This document shows, piece after piece, positions 1-11,937 of a stretch of DNA of 26,840 nt. How positions within the stretch are numbered: the first letter of the stretch is position 1; each line of letters opens with the position of its first letter. Source of the stretch: Pseudogymnoascus verrucosus (Eukaryota). The position numbers were made by a program, and so were the translations under genes. The DNA lies in assembly GCA_001662655.1 (NCBI GenBank), contig KV460248.1; one strand, written 5' to 3'. Under the pieces are notes generated by a model, which saw only the letters and a list, made by a program, of their open reading frames with translations, had not been told where the DNA came from and searched no databases.

Positions 1-181
1 GATGCGTCCACGATGCCTGGCTTTGATCGCCGAGGAAAAAGTTGGCGTAGAACTTGTTTGTAGAAAGAGGAGTTTTCTGAGCCGTTATACCCAGTCGCTT
101 CACGGGGTGGTCCGGACGCGTGGCTATCACAGATGGCGGAGCATCTTTGGATAGCGCTTGGAAAATATTACCAGAAGACAT
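1..181 (-). CDS. Endo-1,3(4)-beta-glucanase, glycoside hydrolase family 81; N-terminal 60 codons only, truncated by the window edge
   Basis: Not in the ORF track. Manual translation from ATG at 181 gives MSSGNIFQALSKDAPPSVIATRPDHPVKRLGITAQKTPLSTNKFYANFFLGDQSQASWTH, open to base 1. DHPV, TNKFYANFFLG and WTH(P) match the N-terminal block of fungal GH81 (Eng1/Acf2 family). Confidence 0.85.
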   Translation of the reverse strand, partial: MSSGNIFQALSKDAPPSVIATRPDHPVKRLGITAQKTPLSTNKFYANFFLGDQSQASWTH

Positions 182-828
182 TGCGCTTTATAGTGATATT
201 TGGTTGCTGGTTGCTGGTCGAGCACTCAAGAGCGTAACTTGGCTTGGTAGTGGAAAAGATAAGAAAGAACAGGTTTCTTGCTCGTTGGGATTGGTAACAA
301 CTCGACAAACACAATACGTTTTGGAGACACTGAGATTTTTTAAAAATAATAATTTTGCCAGCCTGTAGAGAGAACTGAAGATGGTAAGATGGTAAAAAGG
401 CTGGAAATCGAAGGAATTTCGAAGGTCCAAATACCTTCTGGAAGTGAGACAATTGCTAAAGTACTGTTCATGTGTACGGCAAGATGAACATCATGGGACC
501 TCAAAGTTGCGAACACACGCGCACGTATAACAGGGAAACGGAAGTTAACTTGTTTTAGATGGGGCTGAAATCAAGACTGGGCGATGGGATCTTCAGCTAC
601 ATGACAAGCTGTCTCATCCTGTGTCGCCGAGTATTTAACATGTAGACCCATCACCTGAAGGTATTGGTCGTCTTGAGGGCGTGTTGGGGCGGGACGGCGA
701 GGTTGGGAGGGGTCGCGAGGGTGCTGCAGGTTCTAAGTGGGTTTATTTACGCGACTAGTAATGACTTGCAGTGAATGGCACAAGACGGCACCGCCTCTCC
801 AGATTACGTAGGACAGCCACACCACGAG

Positions 829-852
829 TTACAGGTGTTACAGGTGCTACAG
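829..852. repeat. Short 9-bp tandem repeat (TTACAGGTG)x2 + CTACAG in the UTP14 3' region
   Basis: Read directly: ttacaggtg ttacaggtg ctacag. Confidence 0.6.
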
Positions 853-919
853 ATCTTAAATCTTCTTCTTGTTCGTACTACATATATTTTTTATATAGTA
901 AAAACACCTCCAAAGTGTC

Positions 920-3897
920 TCAAACCAGGGGCTTCGACATCGGTGCAATGACGCCTTGCTTAAGAAGAATCCTGGGCTTCGTCGCATCCTGGAATGTCTC
1001 CTTAGTTGTCCACTCTGGACCAACAGGTAACCTGAGCGACCTCTCGTATTGGGCTCTGGTCTCAAACGGATGAGGAAGGCTGCTAGCCAAATATTTCACA
1101 TTCTGCGATGAATAGTTAGTTTCACAATCCATTTCTTCAACGACGCCTCCATGTCGCGTAGGATACCATCACATACCTTCTTCACCCTCTTTTCATTGAT
1201 GATCACCTTGTCCAACTTCACATCTTTCCTGTCTTTCTCCTTAATCCCTTCGGTCTTCACCATGTTGCGGCCCTTATTCCGTGCCTTAGATTTCTTTCCC
1301 AGTCCATCTCCGGTCCAGCTACCCCAGCCAGGGAGCGTATTGTCGACAACCTTCTCGTCTTCATCCTCGACAACCTGGCGCTTCTCAGCCTCAAACTCAC
1401 CGACAACGTCAGCACCGGCGAATGCACGCGCAATAAGTGCTTGGTCACGGATTGCAAAGGGCAACTTAGGCCCCGCCTCTTCGTCACTGTCGTCATCTGA
1501 TGAGACATGTAGGGTTGTCATCCCAGCCGCAGTGGATTTTTTCTTCCCACCAAGTTTACCCTTGGGCTTGAATGGAGCGGCAATCATCGACACGTTGGTA
1601 AGATCGAGCTCATCTGTGGCGCCTGAGGCATGGGCATTTTGCTTTCGACGGCGAGCGTCTGACGATTCAGCTGCATTCTTTCTTGAGCTGACCTGAGACC
1701 AGGCGCCGCCTTCGTGCGCCTCATCGGCCGAAGTTATGGGTGGAACTGCCGCCTGCTTAGGTGCATGAGAATGACGCATGGTACTGCTCGACTCTTTGTC
1801 ATTGTTTGAACCCTTTGAGGTTGACTTATTTCGCTCTCGGGTTACTTGCGAAGGTTCTTCGCCATGCTCGCCGTCGGATTCTTGCTGATTGCTCGTTTCA
1901 TTAGAACCATTCTGGGCAGCTTTTTGGCTCCCTGGGCCAAAGGTACGACGCCCAATATCTTCAACGACCTCGTCTTCTGGCTCGACACTCCCCGTGGTTA
2001 ACTCTCTTCTCAGCTGCTTGACGGCATCATCGTTTTCTCGCTTCCGCGCCGCATCCGCTTTTAACATGAATGCCATGTTTGAAAGCCGTCCCCCAACCCC
2101 AGTGTCTGAGATTGGGCCCCTGCTGTCGAGGTTGTTCAATAGTTGAGCTTCACCTAGACCTTCGTCGTCGTCGCTACCGAAATCGTCACTGTCGCTCAGA
2201 TCCTCATCTCTATCTGCGCCATCCCTCAGCGAAGATTTACCCTCAATTCTCTTGCGCAGCTCCTCGTCGCGGACAGCCATCTCATTCATAGCTGATCGTG
2301 CATCCTCATCCCAGGCAGCACGTCCTGCATCTTTTGTAGCTTTTGCCCATTTGCTGCCTCTGTGCCTAGAGCCCATCCGCTCTTCAGCTCGGCGGCGATC
2401 GTGGGCTTCCTGTTCATCCTCTGAAGGCACAATCCCGGCTTCCAGAAGAGCGTCCTTGTTCAAGCGCTCCTCTTTCTCACGTTGCTTACGATGAACCCGG
2501 CGGTAAGACTTGGATTTGATCTTCTTGATGCGTTTAGATCTTGCCTCCTCACGGAACATAAGCTCACGTGCCATGCGTAGTTGATCACGGCGGGCTTTGA
2601 CCTCTTCAAGAGACATTTTATTTGCCTCTAGCTCTTCGAATTCCGCAATCTTGTCTTCATCGGTCCTCCCATCAACAGTGGCCAGACCACTCTGCTCCAG
2701 GATGCTTTGAATGGCAGTTTCCAGCTCGTTGAACGGCTTCGAACTGGTCGTTGGCTGAAGTTTGGTATTTTTGCTCATGGACATGTGGTCGGCGTCTGGT
2801 AATGGGAACATAAGATGTTCAGCCCGACGGTTATGCTTGACAGTTTCTGTCCACCTCTCTAATGTCTCTTTAGTCTTGTCATATGCAGCGCTGCGATTGA
2901 GCACTTCTTGCTCTCTTCGAGCCAAGGGAACTGCAAGCTTCCCAGACACTCCATTTTTCCCCCCCTCGCTCTTAGCCTCTGCTGCCAGTAGCTTGAGTGA
3001 CCTTTTGACAAATTTATCCTGAATTGATGGTAGCCCAAGGTCTTCAAGAGTCAACTTGTTTTTTGATGTGACCTTAAAACCCGAGGGGGTGGCGTATTCG
3101 CTCGCATTATCACTTCGTTGGCGATCGAGGCGTTGTTTAGAGGTGTCGGCTTGGGGAAGATTCGCGATGAGCCTTTGTAATGCGAGAATTTTGTCGGGGT
3201 CATCATCGGAATCATTTCCTTCATCATCCGTAAAAGACTCAAAGCTCTCTTCATCGCTATCGCCATCGCCACTTCCATCTGATGATTGTCCACTATCGCT
3301 TTCCATATTCTCTTCTGTAGCGTGGGCGGTGTCATCTGGCCCATCCTCCTCCGTGGCATCAAGCATAGCAGCAAGATCAATTGCATCCTCGCCCAGACTG
3401 TCATCATCGGAGCCGCTCCCTTCACTATCTCCATCTTCGTCGAGGTTGATATCCCCACCCCTCTTCTTTGATGTCTTCCTCATATTTTCGGTGCTTCCTG
3501 AAAACGCAAATCCTTCAAACTTTTCCTCGTCACTTTCTCCAAAAGCGTCATCACTGTCAAGTTCGCTATCGTCGTCGCTGTCAACCTGTCCCATTTTCCA
3601 CTCGTTTCCCTCACTGTCGCTCCCTTCCTCGTCGGGGTCGTTCGATCGACCCTTTCTTTTCTTGCTAGGTTCCTCCTCGGCAGAGCCTTCGTCAGAGCCA
3701 TCCTGCGCCCTTGCACGCTTCCCAGGTCTCGAGCCACCTTCGGATTCTCCTAGTCGATGGCGACTGACCTTGAGCTTCTCGGGATGCTGCTGGGCAGCGA
3801 TAGCGAAGGCATTCAGATTCCGGTTTTTCTTTGCTTTTGACTTTGACGCCTTCGGGGCGGCGGCTAGCGGCCCACCATGAGATTGTCTTCCTCCCAT
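920..3897 (-). CDS. UTP14: U3 snoRNP/SSU processome protein Utp14; exons 3897-1177 and 1102-920, about 967 aa
   Basis: Acidic N-terminus and Utp14 motifs RIKKIKSKSYRRVHRK, RRRAEERM..RH..SKWAK, LPGWGSWTGDG and LPHPFETRAQYERSLRLPVGPEW. The 74-nt intron 1176-1103 (GTATGT...ACTAAC...CAG) joins the two ORFs in frame. First ATG is at 3897. Confidence 0.95.
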
Positions 3898-4132
3898 CCT
3901 TGCTTTTTCAATAAGCCAAGAAAGCAGCACCAGTGACGCTGGGCTATTTTTTATTTAGAAAGTTCCAAATACTGCTGGTCGCGAAATTTGGTTATCGATT
4001 ATCTTGCGGTGGAACTTTTTTGACAGGGGTCCAACATAGCGCCACGCTAATACTTTCTCAGTCTTGGCGATCGCAAAGTTGGGAACGACAACTCAGGTCC
4101 AAGGATACAACGACTTCAACACAAACTACAAT
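3898..4132. promoter_or_regulatory. Probable bidirectional promoter between UTP14 and MRPL27
   Basis: Only 235 bp separate the two divergent start codons, and the region contains T-tracts. Promoter function is inferred from gene geometry. Confidence 0.6.
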
Positions 4133-4494
4133 ATGAAGCCTACACAATCATTGTTCAGGCGTCTCCGGCGCCTTGCGCTTACGACGAAGCAAGCCAACAA
4201 GGGATTCTACAAAGGAACCGGAACTGGCTCCACTGGTCGCCATACTAAACACGGTGGATATGTTATCGAATGGGAGAAGGTGCGGACATATGTTGTACCA
4301 GAGGGCCTCAAAGAATTTACCGTTAGTTTGATCATCCGATTTCGTGGGTAAATAGCTGACATGAGATATAGCTCACACCTTTCGTTACTCGCAATATGAA
4401 GCCGACCCGTGGCCGGTTTGAAGGAGACCCAAAGGGCGCGTTAAGTGGAGAGGCATATCTCGCTCGATGGAAGACAGAGAACGGCGAAGATTAA
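4133..4494 (+). CDS. MRPL27: Mitochondrial large-subunit ribosomal protein mL41 (yeast Mrpl27); exons 4133-4321 and 4372-4494, 103 aa
   Basis: [28 protein letters not shown]...KVRTYVVP is the mL41 signature. The 50-nt intron (GTTAGT...GCTGAC...TAG) continues in frame as [40 protein letters not shown]. Confidence 0.93.
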
Positions 4495-4989
4495 GATACA
4501 TCAATCACATTGTCGTGCGACATCTATGGCGACAATCGAGCAAAGAATGCACCAATTGATTCTGCGCGAAAGGGCGGGAATGGCGCCGAGAAATGGGAGG
4601 GAGGGATATTTGTACGAGATATTTGTACGACTATAGCATATGTTGCAGGAGTTCGGGAGCATCGTCTGGTGCTGATAATTCAAGGGCCACATGCCATTAT
4701 TTTGAGTGTTGGAGCTAGAATTGATGGGACATTATGTATATAAATCCGATGTACAACAACAATAGGTCCAAACAATTTACCAGAAGGAACCATATTAGAC
4801 AACCGTGATTCACGGCCCTTTCTAAGGTCTCTGGAGATTCTACTATGTGTGGTAATGATCAGGCCCATTCGAGTAGCTATGCTTATATTTGGTTGCTACT
4901 AAAAGCTCTCTATGTCTAAGTTGCTTTCACTTCATATATCATTCGGCATCATCCTATGCGTCGTTTCACTTCCACCGTTTCGCTATTAC

Positions 4990-7900
4990 TCAGCTGAGGT
5001 CAAACCCAGCTCCAGAGTTGACGGCATAAAGCAATTTCTCCGACATCGTCTTCGCAGAAGTATACCTTGGAAGCTTTAGCAAGTTTATGCATGTGCTTGC
5101 ACTCGGAAGTCTCTGCTCGTCGCCTCCTGCGTCCCTGATACTGAACTTCGGATTTAGCTGGCCAAAGCCCAAGAGCGGCGACCTTGGAGTTGAAGTCACA
5201 TATTTCAAGACTTTCCGTCTATCTTGATCGTCGAGCTGCTTCATTACCTGCCAAAAGAGGTTGATAGTTGGATGTTCAAGGCCATCATCGCCGATAACAT
5301 ACACCCCGCTATATTCTGTATTGCGCCGTAAGTCGTCAACATCGATTTCTGCCATATCGCCACCAATGAGGGTCTGTAATTCCGTTTGGTTAAACATAGA
5401 GAGCCAAGAGGGCTGTATTATTTGGCTGAGGCCACGTAGGAAGGCTCGCGTTTGATGATACGGCTGACTGTGAAGGCGATGACGAGCGACTAGAGATATG
5501 TATAACACGCGATTTTCATTGTTGACGGGTTTGTTGGCCCCGTTCGGTATGAGCTCCCGTGTAATGGTGCGCACTGGTTCGTTTGCTAGAGATACTACAT
5601 CATCAATGGTAAAGTCTAGCGCGAAGTCTTCTGCGTTCCCAGTGTAGTTCTTGAGCTGAAGTAGGCCTTGATATAGTGTTTCGTCAAGATCTCTCAGGTC
5701 GTTGATATTTGCCTGGTATCTTAATTCAGATGCAGAGTCCGCATTGGCGGTTGAGGCCCACTTCAAAAGGAAGAAGCCTGAAAACCCTATGTCAACGAGA
5801 ATGCCCTCGTAGAGACATTTTCCAACTACGCGACCTAGAAACTCGTAGCGTTTTAAAAGCTGTGTTATTGAATCGTTCCATTCTGCGTCAGACTCTTGCC
5901 AACCCTGGTGTCGTAAAACATCTTTACATTGGTCGACTGCTGCGGGATTTGGGTATAAAAGGTTCTGATCGTTCGTAACGAAGTAACCAGGTCCATCCAC
6001 AGATCGGAATGCTTCATTCGTCACTGTAGTCAAAAACTCCTTAGTGACGCCACCTCCATCGATGCCCGCTTCAACATTGTCGAACTTATCCACAAACGTA
6101 ATTTGGATTGGCTCTTTCAAACCCTCGCCGAGACTAAAGAATTGGCCAAAGGCGTCTTCAAGCACATTATCACGCCTGATCCTTGCGTGGTGCCTACTAT
6201 TCCCGTCGCCTGGAAATGGCATATTAATCATGCGCCATACATCCGGATCCGTATTACCGCTCCTCCGTCTATACTGATCTTGGTGGGCGAATTGCCGAAA
6301 AATTTGTACCCTCGTCTTGAAAGGTATAACGTATGGCATATTCTGTAGAACCTCGAGACGGGGCCCTATCGCAGCAAGCGCGCTTGCCCGTGACTTCTTT
6401 TGCCGTTCCCTCGCCGCTATCTCCCGCCAGGCCATAACTGCAGATCGTCCTCGTCCTACAATTGGGCGTGCAGGCTCGCGACCAATACCTTGATCCTCAT
6501 CTTCGCCATCTTCTACGTTCAGCTGATGCTGCCTTTCTTCTTCCGCAACAACAGCTGGTATAAAGCTCCCCATATCAAACCTTGATGTCATAAGCCAGTG
6601 GTTTGGAGGCAAGAAACGTCGTCGAGAATCTCTCTCGTAAAGCATCTTCATAACACGGGTGACAATATTCCGAACATAGTCATATGTCATACCGGCTATA
6701 CCGAGAAATTCTAGGTTCTTCCCATTTTTAGCGTCCTTCGTGGGAGCGTCTGTGGACAATTCGGCGGTGGAGTTGTTGTCTTTAGCACTTGTAGCGAAGT
6801 ATGAGGACAGATTCGACTGAGTTTCTCGCCGGTCATCCTTCAGTATGTCTGCCGTATTGTAATACATAGTGAACGAAAGATTTTTGAGAAAAACGCTCAG
6901 GAGCTTGACATCGCGTAGTGGGAGGGCACTCTCTCTTGATCGTGAAACTAGGCCTCCCTTCTCAGTCATACTTGTCTCTCCTCCGCTCAAGAATTCTTCG
7001 TCATCAGTGAACCGCAAAGCGAATGCATAGAGCTCAAGGAAAAGAAGAATAGATCGCCAGTCGCGATCCCTTGTAGCATTGCTAGAGGTAGCCGCAGGCG
7101 AATTTGAAATTTTAGAAGGCTTCTTTAATATTTCTAGCGCGGCCTTCGAATCGGTGCTTATTGACGTGAAGATCGATGTCTGTTTCATTATTCGCCAGAA
7201 TAGCTTCACAGCCGGAATTTGAGCTCCAGTGACAGTAACTGAGGCTTGATATAGCCACATTCGAATCTCTTCTCCAAGAGTGGGGAACGTTCGCAGTAGG
7301 GTTAAGGCGTAGCTAGATAGTAAACTATCATCTCCCTCATACCCAGGGGAACGAGTTTCCGCGTGTTCACTTATTCAGTGTTAGTACTCTTTTCCGGCTA
7401 TCGGTCAAAGGGGTATTTCATTAAAACTTACGAATCAAACTTTGCCAGTAGGTCTGTGATACTCTGTTTATTGACGAGAGAAATAACTTGACTTCTAATA
7501 AACTCAGGTAGAGCCTGCCTGGGCAGCTCTGGGCCGCCTACTTCCTCATCAGATGTATCAAGAACACCTGGCTGTGAGACTTCTATCCGCCCAAATATGT
7601 CGTTTGCTGATAGTGACAGGATGGTAGACAGGGCCCTAATATAACCGGGTTTTTGCCGCTGCATTGAACATAGACCATGGAAATAGATAAAGTGAGAAAG
7701 GAGCCAAAGTCTAGACTCCGGATCCATATCGTTGAGAACGGCCCTGGAGTCGTCATGGAGTATGGCTTGACTTAGAATGTCGATGTCGATAGTTTCAGCT
7801 AGAATTTTCATGTCGCCGACTCGACTTGCCAAATCAGGAGTAGCGAGGAATGAGAAGGCCAAGCTGACGTATGCATCATGCAAGATCCTTTGGCCGTCGT

Positions 7901-8665
7901 CGATATCACTTTTAAAAACAAGCGGCGCAGCGAAAGCCTCGAATATTTTTGTCTTGAATTGGCTTGACAAATCTCTTCTGATAAGAAGGTCCGATAATAC
8001 CGTGTAGAATCGTGTGATTACTTTGCTAGCTGTGCTGGGGTTCCATTTCACAATACATGTGAGTGTCTGGATCAAAATATCTGCTGGTGGCTGTGGCTGA
8101 CTGCAAACATAGTTAGCACTTAGATGCTCATGGATAAAGTCGCAAATAAATATTGGTGAGAGAGGGGTAGTACGAACAGAGAGAGGGCATCCAGCAGCAC
8201 CGCCACCAGAAACGGTAGACGGCGTCCCATGTTGGCATCAAAGCCTTGACCATCTCGGCCTCGCAGAAGAATCCTTTGGCAGAGCCGGACCAACCTCGAG
8301 ATGTCCTCAGAGTTCTTATAGTTGAAGAATGCAAGCAGCAGGTTCAGCTCTTCCATAAGGATAGGCTCGGCAAGATCCTCTTCCTGGGTATGCTGGTTAT
8401 CGAGAAGATCCCATGCTTGTCTCCTGCTATTTGCCACATCCTTGCGGACCCTATGTCCTCGCCAGATTCTCTGTATGTTCTTGCTTGCGACTAATCGTTC
8501 TCGCTCAAGTTGACGCAGGTGGCGCTCGTGCTGAGCAGCAGCGAGCGTCTTCTGTGTTCCGGAAGCTGTTGGAGCCCATGATGACGCCTCAAATGGGTTA
8601 ATGTCTTGCCCGGAGAGGTTCACCTGGCGCGTGCGGCGAGAGCTACCGGAGAAGCTTTGGAACAT
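4990..8665 (-). CDS. HUL5: IQ- and HECT-domain E3 ubiquitin ligase (Hul5/UBE3B-C family); exons 8665-8178, 8100-7432 and 7369-4990, about 1178 aa
   Basis: N-terminus MFQSFSGSSRRTRQVNLSG and IQ-like IQRIWRGHRVR. HECT motifs EAGIDGGGVTKEF, catalytic LPSASTCINLLKLP and terminal GAGFDLS. Introns 8177-8101 (GTTCGT..GCTAAC..CAG) and 7431-7370 (GTAAGT..ACTAAC..AAG) join three ORFs in frame. Confidence 0.92.
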
Positions 8666-9304
8666 GGTGGGTGAGGTGGGGGATTCGCAGTCATGGCACC
8701 GGCACCGAAGGCAAATGGATCACAAGGCTGTAGACGACTCAGCCTGTGCTTTATTTGTCATCGGTTGTCCTGATGAAGGGAGTTAGCAGCTGGAAGGTTC
8801 ATGAGTTACCTGAAGAAAGGTGTGTTTACCTACTTTGTAGAAAATCAATTATTGGCCACTTACTATGCTGCTTTCGTCATCAGAGAGTTCATGGCGGTCG
8901 TCTGTGGATTTGTTAGAAGGACCGATGGACTTACTCAGCTTCAGCCTTGGGGCCACTTTGGGCCCTTGTAAGCTCTTTCTTAGCCCTTCTTAGCATTTTG
9001 CCTTGTGCTTGCTTGTACATGCCTTATATGAGCCCTATATATCAGGCATAAACCAATCTCGACCAATTACTCCATTGGGAAAGTGCGACCTTTCCAATTA
9101 AACGATAGCGTGAGCGCACTTACACTACGCGGTCAACTTTTCTTTATCCGTTTCGCGAGAGGGCCGACCTTTCTTCACAATCACCCACCAACAAAACCCC
9201 CATACCTTGACATCGATTGCGGATTCAGTGCGAAACGTCCTTCGTACTTCTTTCGTTCTTCTTTGCCCTGTTCCTTCAAACCCCATAAAACCACCTTTTT
9301 CCGC

Positions 9305-9343
9305 AAAAAAAGGCTCAAAAAAACTAGAAAAACAGTCAGAAAA
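9305..9343 (+). promoter_or_regulatory. A-rich tract in the presumed PAB1 5' leader (candidate PABP autoregulatory element)
   Basis: A7-GGCTC-A7-CTAG-A5-CAGTCAG-A4, about 160-195 nt upstream of the PAB1 ATG. Confidence 0.55.
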
Positions 9344-9500
9344 CCTCAGATTTGCGATCTCTCCATATCAAACTCACCCCTACAACCTCCTACTACCAAT
9401 CTTCCGTCACACGATCCCTTCACTTGTGCGACATTTTCACCCAAAACAAGAGTCATAAGAACCTAGACGTGGTCTTTCTTTGCAAGAATAACCATTCAAG

Positions 9501-11937
9501 ATGTCTGCTCCTTCCGCTACCTCTGCTGTGGACCAGCTCGCCACCGATCTCACCAACACCACCCTGAATGGCGGCGATGCCACAGCAATCAACACCAACG
9601 TCTCTACTGAGGCCACCTCCGAAGACCCAGACACTGCAGGCCCAACTCCAACTGGCGCACAGGCTGCCCACCCCCAGGCTTCGGCATCTCTGTATGTCGG
9701 AGAGCTTGACCCATCTGTGACTGAGGCCATGCTCTTCGAGCTCTTCTCCCAGATCGGATCTGTTGCCTCCATCCGTGTCTGCCGTGACGCTGTCACCCGC
9801 CGTTCCCTTGGCTATGCCTACGTCAACTACAACACCACAATCGATGGTGAGAAGGCTCTTGAGGAGCTCAACTACACCCTGATCAAGGGCCGCCCATGCC
9901 GCATTATGTGGTCCCAGCGTGACCCTGCCCTCAGAAAGACTGGCCAAGGCAACGTCTTCATCAAGAACCTTGATGTTGCCATCGACAACAAGGCTCTCCA
10001 CGACACCTTTGCTGCATTCGGCAACATCCTCAGTTGCAAGGTTGCCCAGGATGAGTCTGGAAACTCCAAGGGATACGGATTTGTTCACTACGAGACAGAT
10101 GAGGCTGCCAGCCAAGCCATTAAGCATGTCAACGGTATGCTTCTCAACGAGAAGAAGGTGTTCGTCGGCCACCACATCCCAAAGAAGGACCGCCAGAGCA
10201 AGTTTGAGGAGATGAAGGCCAACTTCACCAACATCTACGTTAAGAACATCCCTGCCGATGCCACTGATGATCAGTTCAGAGAGCTCTTCGAGAAGTTTGG
10301 AGATGTGACCTCTGCTTCCCTTGCTCGCGACGAGGCGGGAAAGAACCGCGGCTTTGGTTTCGTCAACTTCATCAACCATGAGCACGCGTCGGCCGCCGTC
10401 GACGAGCTTAATGGAAAGGATTTCATGGGCCAGGATCTTTACGTCGGACGCGCCCAGAAGAAGCACGAGCGTGAGGAAGAGCTCCGCAAGTCCTACGAGG
10501 CTGCTCGTATCGAGAAGGCCTCAAAATACCAAGGTGTAAACCTCTACGTCAAGAATCTCGAGGATGATGTCGACGATGAGAAGCTTCGCGAGCTTTTTGC
10601 TCCTTATGGAGCTATCACGTCTGCCAAGGTCATGCGTGACACTGCTGCCGAGACCGCCGAGGCCGAGGAGAAGGAGAAGAGCGAGGAGAAGAAGGAAGAG
10701 AAGAAGGACGAGGAGAAGGTTGAGGAGGCTAAGGAGGAGAAGAAGGAAGGCGAGGAGGAGTCTGCCGAGAAGAAGGCCGCATCCAAGTCTGAGAAGCGTG
10801 TTCTTGGTAAGAGCAAGGGCTTCGGCTTTGTCTGCTTCAACAACCCAGACGAGGCCACCAAGGCTGTGACTGAGATGAACCAACGCATGGTCAACGGCAA
10901 GCCATTGTACGTCGCCTTGGCTCAGCGCAAGGATGTCCGTAAGAGCCAGCTCGAGGCTAGCATTCAGGCTAGAAACCAGATCCGTATGCAGCAGGCTGCT
11001 GCCGCTGCTGGATTACCTCAGCAATTCATCCAGGCTCCGATGTTCTATGGTCCCGGCCAGCAGCCAGGCTTCATGCCCCCCAACGCTGGCGGCCGCGGAA
11101 TGCCATTCCCACCGCAACAGGGCATGGGAATTCCTGCCCAGGGTGCTCGTCCTGGTCAATACCCAAACTTCCCTCCTCAACAAGCTGGCCGTGGTGGACC
11201 AGGTCCCCAGCAGCTGCCTCCTAACGTGTATGGGCTCCCAGGGCAATTCTCGCCTGGAGCTCCATACGGCCAGGCTGGAAACCCCCAGTTCTTAGCTGCC
11301 ATGCAGCAGGCCCAGGCTGCAGCTCTTGCTGGTGCTGGCCGTGGCGGACCAGGTGGCCGTATGCCTATGCAGGCACTGCCAGGAATGCCACCGAACATGG
11401 CAGGCTTACAAGGTGTACCGGGCCCCGGCATGCCCCCCCAGGCTTATAGGCAGCAGAACAACGCTGGGCGTGGAATGCCCGGCCGACCAGGCCAGGCTGG
11501 CGGCTTCCCACCTCAGGGTGCCCGCAGCACTTCCCAAGCGCCCGTTCCAGGAGCAACCCAGGAAGGCGCAAGTGCTCTCCAGGCTCAGCTTACCACCGCC
11601 CCTCCAGCCCAGCAAAAGCAGCTTCTTGGCGAGGCACTGTTCCCCAAGATTCAAGTTATGCAGCCAGAACTCGCAGGAAAGATCACCGGTATGCTTTTGG
11701 AAATGGATAATGCGGAACTTGTTGGCCTGTAAGTCTTCTTCTCTCTCTCTCCATACTAGTAAAGGCTAACGTTGTTTTAGTATCGAGGATGAGTCTTCTC
11801 TTCGTGCCAAGGTTGACGAGGCCCTCACTGTGTACGATGAGTACGTGAAGACCAACAAGGGCCCTGATGGGGAGGCTCCTGCGGAAGGTGGAGAGGCCGC
11901 CAAGGAGACCGAGGAGAAGACCGCAGAGAAGGCTTAA
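9501..11937 (+). CDS. PAB1: Cytoplasmic poly(A)-binding protein; exons 9501-11728 and 11781-11937, about 794 aa
   Basis: Four RRMs ([44 protein letters not shown]), a Pro/Gly/Gln linker and an MLLE domain ([11 protein letters not shown]). The 52-nt intron (GTAAGT..GCTAAC..TAG) continues as [23 protein letters not shown]...EKA*. Strong codon bias. Confidence 0.98.

Noticed and set aside
120..452. Short ORFs 120-368 (+), 168-452 (-) and 188-430 (-)
   Set aside because: No recognisable motifs and non-ATG starts. They overlap the start and upstream region of the GH81 gene, which is in another frame.
1096..1176. C-terminal tail VCDGILRDMEASLKKWIVKLTIHRRM of the 944-aa ORF
   Set aside because: Intron read-through. 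The conserved Utp14 C-terminus is in the next exon.
1151..3880. Long plus-strand ORFs antisense to UTP14 (181 aa, 274 aa and others)
   Set aside because: Ser/Phe-rich shadows of an Asp/Glu/Lys-rich coding strand.
9074..9098. Imperfect inverted repeat TTGGGAAAG...CTTTCCAA upstream of PAB1
   Set aside because: Short and imperfect, so expected by chance, with no ncRNA features.
9453..10466. 337-aa antisense ORF over PAB1
   Set aside because: A typical consequence of strong codon bias in a highly expressed gene, with no independent protein features.
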